From: Bacillus subtilis subsp. subtilis str. 168
GTDB taxonomy: Bacteria; Bacillota; Bacilli; Bacillales; Bacillaceae
DNA length: 32,000 nt
Direction: 5' to 3'
NCBI RefSeq assembly: GCF_000009045.1
Contig: NC_000964.3
Location: forward strand, 1,650,001 to 1,682,000
Position numbers and translations under genes: made by a program. Below the pieces are notes generated by a model. That model was not told the origin of the DNA. It saw only the letters and a program-made list of their open reading frames with translations, and did not search any database. Below, in pieces: positions 9,833 through 20,139 of this stretch (the stretch's first letter is position 1; every line of letters starts with the position of its first letter).

Positions 9833-11858
9833 TATAGCTAACATTAAGGGTATTGGGCCGGAAACAGAAAAAACATTGAATGAACTCGGTATTTATGACA
9901 TTTCTGATCTTCTGAATTATTTCCCTTATCGCTATGATGACTACGAGCTGAGGGATTTAGAAGAAGTAAAGCATGATGAAAGAGTCACAGTCGAAGGGAA
10001 GGTTCATTCAGAGCCTTCTCTTACCTATTACGGAAAAAAACGAAACAGGCTGACATTCAGGCTTCTGGTCGGCCACTATTTAATCACAGCCGTATGTTTT
10101 AACCGGCCTTATTTGAAGAAGAAGCTTTCGCTCGGCTCTGTGGTGACGGTTTCAGGTAAATGGGACAAGCACCGCCAAACCATCTCTGTTCAGGAGTTGA
10201 AAAACGGGCCGCATCAAGAAGACAAAAGCATTGAACCAGTGTATTCTGTGAAAGAAAATGTTACCGTCAAAATGATGAGGCGCTTTATTCAGCAGGCGCT
10301 GACCCAATATGCAGACTCACTTCCTGATCCTCTTCCGGAAAAGCTAAGAAAAAGCTATAAACTGCCTGACTATTATCAAGCGTTAAAAGCAATGCACCAG
10401 CCTGAAACAAGGGAAGCATTAAAGCTTGCCAGACGGCGGTTTGTTTATGAAGAATTTTTGTTGTTTCAGTTGAAAATGCAGGCGTTCCGAAAGGCGGAAA
10501 GAGAGCAGACACAAGGGATACGGCAGCGTTTTTCAAACGAAGAACTCATGAGATTTATCAAAAGCCTCCCGTTTCCCCTCACAAACGCCCAGTCACGCGT
10601 TCTTCGCGAAATAACAGCAGACATGTCTTCTCCATACAGAATGAACCGTCTTCTTCAAGGGGACGTTGGATCAGGAAAAACGGCAGTCGCCGCCATTGCA
10701 CTGTATGCCGCGATCCTATCCGGATACCAAGGAGCGCTCATGGTGCCGACAGAAATTCTGGCCGAGCAGCATGCTGATTCGCTCGTTTCGCTATTTGAAA
10801 AATGGGACGTCAGCGTTGCTCTTTTGACAAGCTCTGTTAAAGGAAAGCGGCGAAAAGAACTGCTTGAGCGTCTTGCGGCGGGTGAGATTGATATTCTTGT
10901 AGGAACCCATGCTTTAATCCAAGACGAGGTGGAGTTTAAGGCGTTGAGTCTCGTTATTACTGATGAACAGCACAGATTTGGAGTTGAGCAGCGCAAAAAG
11001 CTTCGGAACAAAGGGCAGGATCCCGATGTTCTCTTTATGACAGCCACTCCAATCCCAAGAACATTAGCGATCACAGTATTCGGTGAAATGGATGTATCTG
11101 TCATTGATGAGATGCCGGCTGGACGAAAGCGAATTGAAACCTATTGGGTAAAACATGACATGCTTGATCGTATTTTGGCATTTGTCGAAAAAGAATTAAA
11201 GCAAGGCAGGCAGGCTTATATCATCTGTCCGCTGATTGAAGAATCAGATAAGCTTGATGTGCAAAACGCCATTGACGTGTACAATATGCTTTCTGATATT
11301 TTTCGGGGAAAATGGAATGTCGGCCTTATGCATGGAAAGCTGCATTCCGATGAAAAAGATCAGGTCATGAGAGAATTCAGCGCAAATCACTGTCAAATTC
11401 TCGTATCAACCACTGTTGTGGAGGTTGGCGTAAATGTTCCGAATGCAACAATTATGGTGATTTATGACGCCGACCGTTTCGGACTATCACAGCTTCACCA
11501 GCTGCGCGGCCGTGTTGGACGGGGTGAGCATCAATCTTTCTGTATTCTGATGGCTGATCCAAAATCAGAAACAGGGAAAGAACGGATGAGGATCATGTCG
11601 GAGACCAATGACGGTTTCGAGCTGTCTGAAAAGGATCTGGAACTGAGAGGTCCCGGTGATTTCTTCGGGAAAAAACAAAGCGGAATGCCGGAATTTAAAG
11701 TGGCGGACATGGTTCATGATTACAGAGCGCTTGAAACGGCAAGGCAGGATGCTGCGAATCTTGTGGCTTCTGACGCGTTCTGGAAGGAGCCGGAATACGC
11801 TGTGTTAAGAGATGAATTGCTGAAGAGCGGAGTAATGGACGGGGAAAAATTAAGCTGA
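9810..11858 (+). CDS. recG: ATP-dependent DNA helicase RecG
   Basis: 682 aa with GTG start. Wedge/OB domain; helicase motifs GDVGSGKTAVA, DEQHRFGV, MTATPIPRTLA and HQLRGRVGRG. Overlaps sdaAA by 23 nt with its RBS inside sdaAA. Confidence 0.97.
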   Translation: MKQHQQTSIANIKGIGPETEKTLNELGIYDISDLLNYFPYRYDDYELRDLEEVKHDERVTVEGKVHSEPSLTYYGKKRNRLTFRLLVGHYLITAVCFNRPYLKKKLSLGSVVTVSGKWDKHRQTISVQELKNGPHQEDKSIEPVYSVKENVTVKMMRRFIQQALTQYADSLPDPLPEKLRKSYKLPDYYQALKAMHQPETREALKLARRRFVYEEFLLFQLKMQAFRKAEREQTQGIRQRFSNEELMRFIKSLPFPLTNAQSRVLREITADMSSPYRMNRLLQGDVGSGKTAVAAIALYAAILSGYQGALMVPTEILAEQHADSLVSLFEKWDVSVALLTSSVKGKRRKELLERLAAGEIDILVGTHALIQDEVEFKALSLVITDEQHRFGVEQRKKLRNKGQDPDVLFMTATPIPRTLAITVFGEMDVSVIDEMPAGRKRIETYWVKHDMLDRILAFVEKELKQGRQAYIICPLIEESDKLDVQNAIDVYNMLSDIFRGKWNVGLMHGKLHSDEKDQVMREFSANHCQILVSTTVVEVGVNVPNATIMVIYDADRFGLSQLHQLRGRVGRGEHQSFCILMADPKSETGKERMRIMSETNDGFELSEKDLELRGPGDFFGKKQSGMPEFKVADMVHDYRALETARQDAANLVASDAFWKEPEYAVLRDELLKSGVMDGEKLS

Positions 11859-11895
11859 GTATCAGAAGTTTTTGGTGTTCAGCCAGAAACAATCG

Positions 11896-11924
11896 TTGCA
11901 TTCCAATCTATGAAATTATATACT
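11896..11924 (+). promoter_or_regulatory. Sigma-A promoter of the fapR-plsX-fabD-fabG operon
   Basis: TTGCAT (11896-11901), a 17-nt spacer, then TATACT (11919-11924), directly upstream of the FapR operator. Confidence 0.8.
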
Positions 11925-11927
11925 ACT

Positions 11928-11947
11928 ATTAGTACCTAGTCTTAATT
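11928..11947 (+). promoter_or_regulatory. FapR operator
   Basis: ATTAGTACCTAGTCTTAATT matches the known FapR operator (ATTAGTACCTAGTCTTAAT) and overlaps the expected transcription start. Confidence 0.88.
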
Positions 11948-11966
11948 GTCCGGATGGTGTTTAGAT

Positions 11967-12533
11967 ATGAGAAGAAATAAGAGAGAACGCCAGGAATTAC
12001 TTCAGCAGACGATTCAAGCAACCCCCTTTATTACAGATGAAGAACTAGCGGGTAAATTCGGGGTGAGCATCCAGACGATACGTTTGGACCGCTTAGAGCT
12101 TTCCATACCTGAACTGAGAGAAAGAATTAAGAACGTGGCAGAGAAAACACTTGAGGACGAAGTGAAGTCCCTGTCACTTGATGAAGTTATCGGAGAAATT
12201 ATTGACCTTGAGCTGGATGATCAGGCGATATCCATTTTAGAAATAAAACAGGAGCACGTGTTCAGCCGGAATCAGATTGCGAGAGGACACCATTTATTTG
12301 CACAGGCGAATTCTTTGGCCGTTGCAGTCATTGATGACGAGCTGGCGCTGACTGCAAGTGCAGACATCCGCTTTACAAGACAGGTAAAGCAGGGTGAACG
12401 TGTCGTAGCAAAAGCGAAAGTGACGGCTGTCGAAAAAGAAAAAGGAAGAACGGTTGTCGAAGTGAACAGCTACGTTGGCGAAGAAATTGTTTTTTCTGGA
12501 CGCTTTGACATGTATCGTTCAAAACATTCATAA
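11967..12533 (+). CDS. fapR: Transcriptional repressor of fatty acid/phospholipid synthesis FapR
   Basis: 188 aa from ATG 11967 ([42 protein letters not shown]). N-terminal HTH and C-terminal hot-dog domain. The ORF track start at 11946 is an upstream extension. Confidence 0.96.
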   Translation: MRRNKRERQELLQQTIQATPFITDEELAGKFGVSIQTIRLDRLELSIPELRERIKNVAEKTLEDEVKSLSLDEVIGEIIDLELDDQAISILEIKQEHVFSRNQIARGHHLFAQANSLAVAVIDDELALTASADIRFTRQVKQGERVVAKAKVTAVEKEKGRTVVEVNSYVGEEIVFSGRFDMYRSKHS

Positions 12534-12546
12534 AGGTGGAGCATGC

Positions 12547-13548
12547 ATGAGAATAGCTGTAGATGCAATGGGAGGAGACCACGCTCCCAAAGCTGTTATT
12601 GACGGAGTTATAAAAGGTATAGAGGCATTTGATGATCTCCATATCACACTTGTCGGTGACAAAACAACGATAGAATCACATTTAACAACTACATCAGATC
12701 GCATCACGGTGCTGCACGCAGATGAAGTGATTGAGCCTACGGATGAACCGGTCCGTGCCGTGCGAAGAAAAAAGAACTCATCTATGGTTCTTATGGCGCA
12801 GGAGGTTGCGGAAAACAGAGCTGACGCCTGCATTTCAGCGGGAAATACCGGTGCATTAATGACAGCCGGTCTCTTTATTGTCGGGAGAATTAAAGGAATT
12901 GACCGTCCGGCGCTTGCTCCGACACTTCCGACTGTTTCGGGAGACGGATTTCTTCTCCTTGATGTCGGCGCCAATGTCGATGCCAAACCGGAGCACCTCG
13001 TTCAATATGCCATCATGGGTTCTGTTTATTCTCAGCAAGTGCGCGGTGTCACTTCACCGAGAGTCGGACTTTTAAATGTCGGAACAGAAGATAAAAAAGG
13101 AAACGAACTGACGAAGCAGACGTTTCAAATTTTAAAAGAAACAGCAAACATCAATTTTATCGGAAACGTGGAAGCGCGAGACCTTTTAGATGATGTGGCG
13201 GATGTTGTAGTAACAGACGGCTTTACCGGGAATGTTACACTCAAAACGCTGGAAGGCTCTGCGTTGTCAATTTTTAAAATGATGAGAGACGTAATGACGT
13301 CTACTTTGACATCCAAGCTTGCAGCAGCTGTGCTGAAACCAAAATTGAAAGAAATGAAAATGAAAATGGAGTATTCGAATTATGGCGGAGCAAGTCTTTT
13401 TGGCTTAAAAGCGCCTGTGATCAAGGCGCACGGCTCTTCAGATTCAAATGCTGTATTCCATGCGATTCGGCAAGCAAGAGAGATGGTCAGCCAAAATGTG
13501 GCTGCGCTCATTCAGGAAGAAGTGAAAGAAGAAAAAACAGATGAGTAG
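12547..13548 (+). CDS. plsX: Phosphate acyltransferase PlsX
   Basis: 333 aa from [33 protein letters not shown]. Upstream in-frame extension rejected. Confidence 0.96.
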   Translation: MRIAVDAMGGDHAPKAVIDGVIKGIEAFDDLHITLVGDKTTIESHLTTTSDRITVLHADEVIEPTDEPVRAVRRKKNSSMVLMAQEVAENRADACISAGNTGALMTAGLFIVGRIKGIDRPALAPTLPTVSGDGFLLLDVGANVDAKPEHLVQYAIMGSVYSQQVRGVTSPRVGLLNVGTEDKKGNELTKQTFQILKETANINFIGNVEARDLLDDVADVVVTDGFTGNVTLKTLEGSALSIFKMMRDVMTSTLTSKLAAAVLKPKLKEMKMKMEYSNYGGASLFGLKAPVIKAHGSSDSNAVFHAIRQAREMVSQNVAALIQEEVKEEKTDE

Positions 13549-13566
13549 TCTGGAGGTTTTTACATC

Positions 13567-14520
13567 ATGAGTAAGATTGCATTTTTATTCCCGGGTCAGG
13601 GATCACAATTTATCGGCATGGGAAAAGAGCTTTATGAGCAGGTGCCTGCTGCAAAGCGTCTGTTTGATGAAGCCGATGAAACGTTGGAAACAAAACTCAG
13701 CTCGCTTATTTTTGAGGGGGATGCTGAAGAATTAACACTTACATACAATGCGCAGCCTGCTTTGCTTACGACAAGCATCGCTGTTCTTGAGAAATTTAAA
13801 GAATCTGGCATTACACCTGATTTCACAGCAGGACACAGCCTTGGTGAATATTCTGCACTGGTTGCGGCTGGCGCTCTGTCTTTCAAAGATGCTGTTTATA
13901 CTGTCAGAAAGCGCGGAGAGTTTATGAATGAAGCGGTGCCGGCTGGCGAAGGAGCAATGGCTGCGATTCTCGGCATGGATGCTGAAGCATTAAAGCAAGT
14001 AACCGATAAAGTCACAGAGGAAGGCAACCTTGTACAGCTTGCGAATCTCAACTGTCCTGGCCAAATCGTCATTTCCGGAACAGCTAAAGGGGTTGAGCTT
14101 GCATCTGAACTGGCAAAAGAGAACGGCGCAAAACGCGCAATTCCGCTTGAAGTAAGCGGTCCGTTCCATTCTGAACTGATGAAACCGGCTGCTGAAAAGC
14201 TGAAAGAGGTATTGGACGCCTGTGACATAAAAGACGCTGACGTTCCGGTCATCTCAAATGTTTCTGCTGACGTGATGACTGAAAAAGCAGATATCAAAGA
14301 AAAACTTATTGAGCAGCTTTACTCTCCGGTTCGTTTTGAGGAAAGCATTAACAAGCTGATCGCAGAGGGTGTTACGACTTTTATTGAAATCGGTCCCGGA
14401 AAAGTGCTTTCAGGCCTTGTGAAAAAAGTGAATAGACGGTTAAAAACAATTGCTGTATCAGATCCGGAAACGATCGAGCTGGCAATTCAAACGCTTAAGG
14501 AGGAGAATGATAATGCTTAA
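13567..14520 (+). CDS. fabD: Malonyl CoA-acyl carrier protein transacylase
   Basis: 317 aa. [22 protein letters not shown] and [14 protein letters not shown] (catalytic Ser). Confidence 0.97.
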   Translation: MSKIAFLFPGQGSQFIGMGKELYEQVPAAKRLFDEADETLETKLSSLIFEGDAEELTLTYNAQPALLTTSIAVLEKFKESGITPDFTAGHSLGEYSALVAAGALSFKDAVYTVRKRGEFMNEAVPAGEGAMAAILGMDAEALKQVTDKVTEEGNLVQLANLNCPGQIVISGTAKGVELASELAKENGAKRAIPLEVSGPFHSELMKPAAEKLKEVLDACDIKDADVPVISNVSADVMTEKADIKEKLIEQLYSPVRFEESINKLIAEGVTTFIEIGPGKVLSGLVKKVNRRLKTIAVSDPETIELAIQTLKEENDNA

Positions 14521-15253
14521 TGATAAAACGGCTATTGTCACTGGCGCATCCCGCGGAATCGGCCGCTCAATCGCCCTTGATCTGGCAAAAAGCGGAGCAA
14601 ATGTTGTCGTGAACTACTCCGGCAATGAAGCGAAAGCAAATGAAGTGGTAGATGAAATCAAATCAATGGGCAGAAAAGCAATTGCTGTAAAAGCGGATGT
14701 ATCAAATCCCGAAGATGTACAAAACATGATAAAAGAAACATTGTCTGTTTTTTCTACGATTGACATTCTGGTTAATAATGCGGGAATTACAAGAGACAAT
14801 CTCATCATGAGAATGAAAGAAGACGAATGGGATGACGTCATTAACATTAACCTGAAGGGTGTTTTCAACTGCACAAAAGCTGTTACAAGACAAATGATGA
14901 AACAGCGTTCAGGCCGCATTATTAACGTATCGTCTATCGTCGGCGTCAGCGGAAACCCTGGACAAGCCAACTACGTGGCTGCAAAAGCCGGCGTCATCGG
15001 TTTAACCAAATCTTCTGCTAAAGAGCTCGCCAGCCGAAATATTACGGTAAACGCAATAGCGCCAGGATTTATCTCAACTGATATGACAGATAAACTTGCA
15101 AAAGACGTTCAAGACGAAATGCTGAAACAAATTCCGCTCGCGCGCTTTGGTGAACCTAGCGATGTCAGCAGTGTTGTCACGTTCCTAGCTTCAGAGGGAG
15201 CTCGTTATATGACAGGCCAAACGCTTCATATTGACGGCGGAATGGTGATGTAA
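14513..15253 (+). CDS. fabG: 3-oxoacyl-ACP reductase FabG
   Basis: 246 aa from [24 protein letters not shown] motifs NNAG and YVAAKAG. RBS AGGAG; overlaps the fabD stop by 8 nt. Confidence 0.96.
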   Translation: MLNDKTAIVTGASRGIGRSIALDLAKSGANVVVNYSGNEAKANEVVDEIKSMGRKAIAVKADVSNPEDVQNMIKETLSVFSTIDILVNNAGITRDNLIMRMKEDEWDDVININLKGVFNCTKAVTRQMMKQRSGRIINVSSIVGVSGNPGQANYVAAKAGVIGLTKSSAKELASRNITVNAIAPGFISTDMTDKLAKDVQDEMLKQIPLARFGEPSDVSSVVTFLASEGARYMTGQTLHIDGGMVM

Positions 15254-15308
15254 GTTTTTTCTCGAAAATTTCATCGTAGTTTCTCTAGTTTTTTAAAAAC
15301 GAATCCAC

Positions 15309-15314
15309 TATAAT
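15309..15314 (+). promoter_or_regulatory. Probable -10 element of an acpA promoter
   Basis: Perfect TATAAT at 15309-15314, 23 nt before the acpA start. No good -35 at 17-nt spacing (TAGTTT). Confidence 0.5.
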
Positions 15315-15336
15315 ACTTGAGGGGAGGTGAATTGCT

Positions 15337-15570
15337 ATGGCAGACACATTAGAGCGTGTAACGAAAATCATCGTAGATCGCCTTGGCGTTGATGAAGCAG
15401 ACGTCAAACTTGAAGCTTCTTTCAAGGAAGACTTAGGTGCTGATTCCCTAGATGTAGTTGAGCTTGTTATGGAACTTGAAGACGAGTTTGATATGGAGAT
15501 TTCTGACGAAGATGCTGAAAAGATTGCAACAGTCGGCGACGCTGTGAACTACATACAAAACCAGCAATAA
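15337..15570 (+). CDS. acpA: Acyl carrier protein
   Basis: 77 aa. [24 protein letters not shown] contains the phosphopantetheine Ser. RBS GGGGAGGTG. Confidence 0.97.
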   Translation: MADTLERVTKIIVDRLGVDEADVKLEASFKEDLGADSLDVVELVMELEDEFDMEISDEDAEKIATVGDAVNYIQNQQ

Positions 15571-15580
15571 GCTGATGCTA

Positions 15581-15606
15581 AAAGTCCCGCCGAAACGCGG
15601 GGCTTT
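15581..15606 (+). terminator. GC-rich hairpin after acpA (terminator or processing structure)
   Basis: AAAGTCCCGC (15581-15590) / GCGGGGCTTT (15597-15606), 10 bp including one G-T pair. The T tract beyond it is imperfect (AGCCCTTTATT). Confidence 0.6.
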
Positions 15607-15709
15607 AGCCCTTTATTCGTGCAGTTATTACAGCATGCCGCTTTTACGCGCGCTGTATCCGGTTTAGTCAGAGAAGCGCGGTGAACCTGATGTGCCTATG
15701 GAGGTTACT

Positions 15710-16459
15710 ATGTCAAAACACTCACATTATAAAGATAAAAAAAAGTTCTATAAAAAAGTAGAACAATTTAAAGAGTTTCAAGAACGGATTTCGGTTCACT
15801 TTCAAAATGAAAAGCTTTTGTATCAAGCATTTACACATTCATCTTATGTGAATGAGCATCGGAAAAAGCCGTATGAAGATAATGAAAGGCTTGAATTTTT
15901 AGGTGACGCTGTTTTGGAACTGACGATCTCCAGATTCTTATTTGCCAAATACCCGGCTATGAGTGAAGGAGATTTGACGAAATTGAGAGCCGCAATTGTT
16001 TGCGAACCGTCTCTCGTTTCATTGGCTCACGAGCTGTCATTCGGCGATCTTGTCCTGTTGGGTAAAGGCGAGGAAATGACAGGCGGAAGAAAGCGTCCTG
16101 CTCTATTGGCGGATGTTTTTGAGGCATTTATCGGAGCCTTGTACCTTGACCAAGGATTAGAGCCGGTCGAAAGTTTCTTAAAAGTTTATGTGTTCCCTAA
16201 AATTAACGATGGTGCTTTTTCTCATGTGATGGATTTCAAAAGCCAGCTGCAGGAATACGTGCAGCGGGACGGCAAAGGCTCTCTGGAGTATAAAATCTCC
16301 AACGAAAAAGGACCTGCGCACAACCGTGAATTTGAAGCCATCGTATCTCTAAAAGGTGAACCACTCGGAGTCGGAAACGGCCGTTCAAAGAAAGAAGCCG
16401 AACAGCACGCTGCTCAGGAAGCTTTAGCTAAATTGCAAAAACACCATACGAAACAATAA
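15710..16459 (+). CDS. rnc: Ribonuclease III
   Basis: 249 aa from [16 protein letters not shown]. RNase III signature [14 protein letters not shown] and C-terminal dsRBD. RBS GGAGG. Confidence 0.96.
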
Positions 16460-16486
16460 AATCCCCCTTATGACTCAGGGGGATTT
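16459..16486 (+). terminator. Intrinsic terminator-like hairpin after rnc
   Basis: AAATCCCCCT (16459-16468) / AGGGGGATTT (16477-16486). Short T tract. Confidence 0.6.
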
Positions 16487-16559
16487 CAGTATGTATGCCG
16501 TCTTATTTGACCAATGTTTATGATAGAATTGAAATACTTATTACATAAGGAGGATCGCT

Positions 16560-19500
16560 ATGTTCCTCAAACGTTTAGACGTTATAGGATTTAAATCATT
16601 TGCAGAACGGATTTCCGTAGACTTCGTTAAAGGCGTGACAGCAGTTGTCGGGCCGAACGGAAGCGGAAAAAGCAACATCACGGATGCCATTCGCTGGGTT
16701 CTCGGCGAACAATCGGCACGCTCTCTTCGCGGCGGAAAAATGGAAGACATCATTTTTGCTGGGAGTGATTCAAGAAAGCGATTAAATCTAGCTGAAGTTA
16801 CGCTTACTCTTGATAATGATGATCATTTCTTGCCAATTGACTTCCACGAGGTGAGTGTCACAAGACGTGTGTACAGATCAGGTGAGAGTGAGTTTCTGAT
16901 TAACAATCAGCCATGCCGCTTGAAAGATATTATTGATTTATTTATGGACTCTGGGCTTGGTAAAGAAGCATTTTCTATTATCAGCCAAGGGAAAGTGGAA
17001 GAGATCCTGAGCAGCAAAGCGGAGGATCGCCGCAGTATCTTTGAAGAAGCGGCCGGGGTGCTTAAATATAAAACGAGAAAGAAAAAAGCAGAAAATAAAC
17101 TGTTTGAGACACAGGACAATCTAAATCGGGTAGAAGATATATTACATGAGCTTGAAGGACAGGTTGAACCTCTTAAAATTCAAGCTTCAATAGCGAAAGA
17201 CTACCTTGAGAAAAAGAAAGAGCTGGAGCATGTTGAAATTGCGCTGACTGCCTATGATATCGAAGAGCTGCATGGTAAATGGTCGACTCTTAAAGAGAAA
17301 GTGCAGATGGCAAAAGAAGAAGAGCTTGCTGAATCGTCTGCTATTTCTGCGAAAGAAGCAAAGATTGAGGATACAAGGGACAAAATACAAGCGCTTGATG
17401 AGTCAGTAGATGAGCTCCAGCAAGTTTTACTGGTAACTAGTGAAGAGCTGGAAAAGCTTGAAGGCCGTAAAGAAGTCCTGAAAGAACGAAAGAAAAACGC
17501 TGTGCAAAACCAAGAACAGCTTGAAGAAGCCATCGTTCAGTTCCAGCAAAAAGAAACGGTTCTGAAAGAAGAGCTTTCGAAGCAGGAAGCTGTCTTCGAA
17601 ACGCTTCAGGCTGAGGTGAAGCAGTTAAGGGCGCAAGTAAAAGAAAAACAGCAGGCTCTCAGTCTTCACAATGAAAATGTCGAAGAGAAAATCGAGCAGC
17701 TGAAAAGTGATTATTTTGAGCTGTTAAACAGCCAGGCTTCGATACGCAACGAACTCCAGCTTCTTGATGACCAGATGTCCCAATCCGCTGTCACATTGCA
17801 GAGACTTGCGGACAACAATGAAAAGCACCTGCAGGAACGGCATGATATTTCTGCGCGTAAAGCCGCATGTGAAACGGAATTTGCCCGAATTGAGCAGGAG
17901 ATTCACAGTCAAGTCGGTGCATATCGTGATATGCAGACAAAATATGAGCAGAAAAAGCGCCAATACGAAAAAAATGAATCCGCTCTGTATCAGGCATACC
18001 AATACGTTCAGCAAGCGAGATCAAAAAAGGACATGCTTGAGACGATGCAGGGAGATTTCTCCGGCTTTTATCAAGGTGTTAAAGAAGTGCTGAAAGCGAA
18101 AGAGCGCCTTGGCGGAATTCGCGGAGCGGTTCTTGAGCTGATTTCTACAGAACAGAAGTATGAAACGGCCATTGAAATAGCGCTCGGCGCTTCTGCTCAA
18201 CACGTCGTGACCGACGATGAACAATCTGCCCGCAAAGCGATTCAATATTTAAAGCAGAATTCCTTCGGCCGGGCGACGTTTCTGCCTCTTTCTGTTATTA
18301 GAGACCGCCAGCTTCAAAGCCGTGACGCGGAAACAGCCGCCCGGCATTCATCATTTCTCGGGGTTGCCAGTGAACTTGTCACATTTGATCCTGCGTATCG
18401 AAGCGTCATCCAGAATCTTCTTGGAACCGTTCTGATCACAGAGGACTTAAAGGGTGCAAACGAGCTTGCGAAGCTTCTCGGGCACCGGTACCGCATCGTA
18501 ACCCTTGAGGGAGATGTTGTGAACCCCGGTGGTTCAATGACGGGCGGCGCGGTTAAAAAGAAAAATAACTCCCTCCTTGGAAGAAGCCGGGAGCTAGAAG
18601 ATGTGACGAAACGGCTCGCTGAAATGGAAGAGAAAACGGCACTGCTTGAACAAGAGGTCAAAACCCTTAAGCACTCCATTCAGGATATGGAGAAAAAACT
18701 GGCTGACTTAAGAGAAACCGGGGAAGGCTTAAGGTTAAAGCAGCAGGATGTGAAAGGCCAGCTGTACGAACTTCAAGTTGCCGAGAAAAATATCAATACC
18801 CATTTAGAGCTCTATGATCAAGAAAAATCTGCTCTGTCAGAAAGCGATGAAGAGAGAAAAGTGCGCAAACGCAAGCTTGAAGAAGAGCTCTCTGCCGTAT
18901 CTGAAAAGATGAAACAGCTTGAAGAGGACATAGACAGACTGACAAAACAAAAACAAACGCAATCCTCAACGAAAGAGTCTCTCTCCAACGAGCTGACTGA
19001 GCTGAAGATCGCAGCGGCCAAAAAAGAGCAGGCTTGCAAGGGGGAAGAGGACAACCTTGCCAGATTAAAGAAAGAGCTCACTGAAACAGAGCTTGCGTTA
19101 AAAGAAGCAAAAGAAGACTTAAGCTTCTTAACGTCAGAGATGTCATCTAGCACCAGCGGCGAAGAAAAGCTGGAAGAAGCAGCAAAACATAAATTGAATG
19201 ACAAAACGAAAACGATCGAACTGATTGCATTAAGGCGCGATCAGCGCATCAAGCTTCAGCATGGGCTTGATACGTATGAGCGTGAGCTGAAAGAAATGAA
19301 ACGCCTGTATAAACAAAAAACAACGCTCTTAAAAGACGAAGAAGTCAAACTTGGACGAATGGAAGTCGAGCTTGATAATTTACTCCAATACTTACGGGAG
19401 GAATACAGCTTGTCCTTTGAGGGGGCAAAAGAGAAATATCAGCTTGAAACTGATCCAGAGGAAGCCAGAAAGCGCGTGAAGCTGATTAAACTCGCAATTG

Positions 19501-20120
19501 AAGAGCTGGGTACCGTGAACCTCGGAAGCATAGATGAGTTTGAGAGGGTCAACGAACGGTACAAGTTTCTGTCGGAACAAAAAGAAGATTTAACAGAAGC
19601 GAAAAATACCTTGTTCCAAGTGATTGAAGAAATGGATGAAGAAATGACGAAGCGCTTTAACGACACATTCGTCCAAATCCGCTCACACTTTGATCAAGTT
19701 TTCCGCTCCTTATTCGGAGGAGGGCGAGCTGAACTGAGGCTCACCGATCCTAACGATCTGCTTCATTCAGGAGTCGAGATTATCGCTCAGCCGCCGGGGA
19801 AAAAGCTGCAAAACTTAAACCTCCTGTCAGGCGGAGAGCGTGCGCTTACTGCTATAGCGCTCTTATTCTCAATCCTAAAGGTTCGTCCAGTGCCGTTTTG
19901 CGTCCTTGACGAAGTAGAGGCTGCGCTCGACGAAGCGAATGTGTTCCGATTTGCGCAGTATTTAAAAAAATACAGCAGCGATACTCAGTTTATTGTGATT
20001 ACCCACAGAAAAGGAACGATGGAGGAAGCGGATGTGCTTTATGGCGTAACCATGCAGGAATCCGGTGTTTCCAAGGTAATTTCAGTTAAGCTGGAAGAAA
20101 CAAAAGAATTCGTTCAGTAA
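16560..20120 (+). CDS. smc: Chromosome segregation/condensation protein SMC
   Basis: 1186 aa. Walker A GPNGSGKSNITDAIRW, long coiled coils, hinge region, C-terminal LLSGGERALTAIALLFSI signature and Walker B VLDEVEAALDEAN. Confidence 0.98.
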   Translation: MFLKRLDVIGFKSFAERISVDFVKGVTAVVGPNGSGKSNITDAIRWVLGEQSARSLRGGKMEDIIFAGSDSRKRLNLAEVTLTLDNDDHFLPIDFHEVSVTRRVYRSGESEFLINNQPCRLKDIIDLFMDSGLGKEAFSIISQGKVEEILSSKAEDRRSIFEEAAGVLKYKTRKKKAENKLFETQDNLNRVEDILHELEGQVEPLKIQASIAKDYLEKKKELEHVEIALTAYDIEELHGKWSTLKEKVQMAKEEELAESSAISAKEAKIEDTRDKIQALDESVDELQQVLLVTSEELEKLEGRKEVLKERKKNAVQNQEQLEEAIVQFQQKETVLKEELSKQEAVFETLQAEVKQLRAQVKEKQQALSLHNENVEEKIEQLKSDYFELLNSQASIRNELQLLDDQMSQSAVTLQRLADNNEKHLQERHDISARKAACETEFARIEQEIHSQVGAYRDMQTKYEQKKRQYEKNESALYQAYQYVQQARSKKDMLETMQGDFSGFYQGVKEVLKAKERLGGIRGAVLELISTEQKYETAIEIALGASAQHVVTDDEQSARKAIQYLKQNSFGRATFLPLSVIRDRQLQSRDAETAARHSSFLGVASELVTFDPAYRSVIQNLLGTVLITEDLKGANELAKLLGHRYRIVTLEGDVVNPGGSMTGGAVKKKNNSLLGRSRELEDVTKRLAEMEEKTALLEQEVKTLKHSIQDMEKKLADLRETGEGLRLKQQDVKGQLYELQVAEKNINTHLELYDQEKSALSESDEERKVRKRKLEEELSAVSEKMKQLEEDIDRLTKQKQTQSSTKESLSNELTELKIAAAKKEQACKGEEDNLARLKKELTETELALKEAKEDLSFLTSEMSSSTSGEEKLEEAAKHKLNDKTKTIELIALRRDQRIKLQHGLDTYERELKEMKRLYKQKTTLLKDEEVKLGRMEVELDNLLQYLREEYSLSFEGAKEKYQLETDPEEARKRVKLIKLAIEELGTVNLGSIDEFERVNERYKFLSEQKEDLTEAKNTLFQVIEEMDEEMTKRFNDTFVQIRSHFDQVFRSLFGGGRAELRLTDPNDLLHSGVEIIAQPPGKKLQNLNLLSGGERALTAIALLFSILKVRPVPFCVLDEVEAALDEANVFRFAQYLKKYSSDTQFIVITHRKGTMEEADVLYGVTMQESGVSKVISVKLEETKEFVQ

Positions 20121-20139
20121 CGAGGAAAGAGGTTAAAAG

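Noticed and set aside
12475-12546. Track start of plsX at 12475, and similarly the track starts of thiN, sdaAA, fapR, fabG, rnc, ylqB, rimM, rplS and sucC
   Set aside because: In each case the family N-terminus and a well-placed RBS point to a downstream start (plsX 12547, thiN 4730, sdaAA 8930, fapR 11967, fabG 14513, rnc 15710, ylqB 21651, rimM 24650, rplS 26042, sucC 30431).
16501-16559. Possible smc promoter (TTGACC 16507-16512 with TAGAAT 16524-16529)
   Set aside because: The spacer is only about 11 nt and no better -35/-10 combination was found. Transcription may come from upstream.
17764-18093. Plus-strand 109-aa ORF (MMTRCPNPLSHCRD...) in an alternate frame inside smc
   Set aside because: It overlaps the hinge-proximal smc coding region out of frame and has a shadow-like Arg/Cys-rich composition.
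16907-19666. Many minus-strand ORFs inside smc (for example 17252..17533, 18818..19204, 18314..18679), some Ser/Leu/Phe-rich
   Set aside because: They are antisense to a strongly coding, recognisable SMC protein. The Glu/Lys/Leu-rich coiled-coil codons produce Phe/Ser/Leu-rich open antisense frames. No RBS or homology is recognisable.
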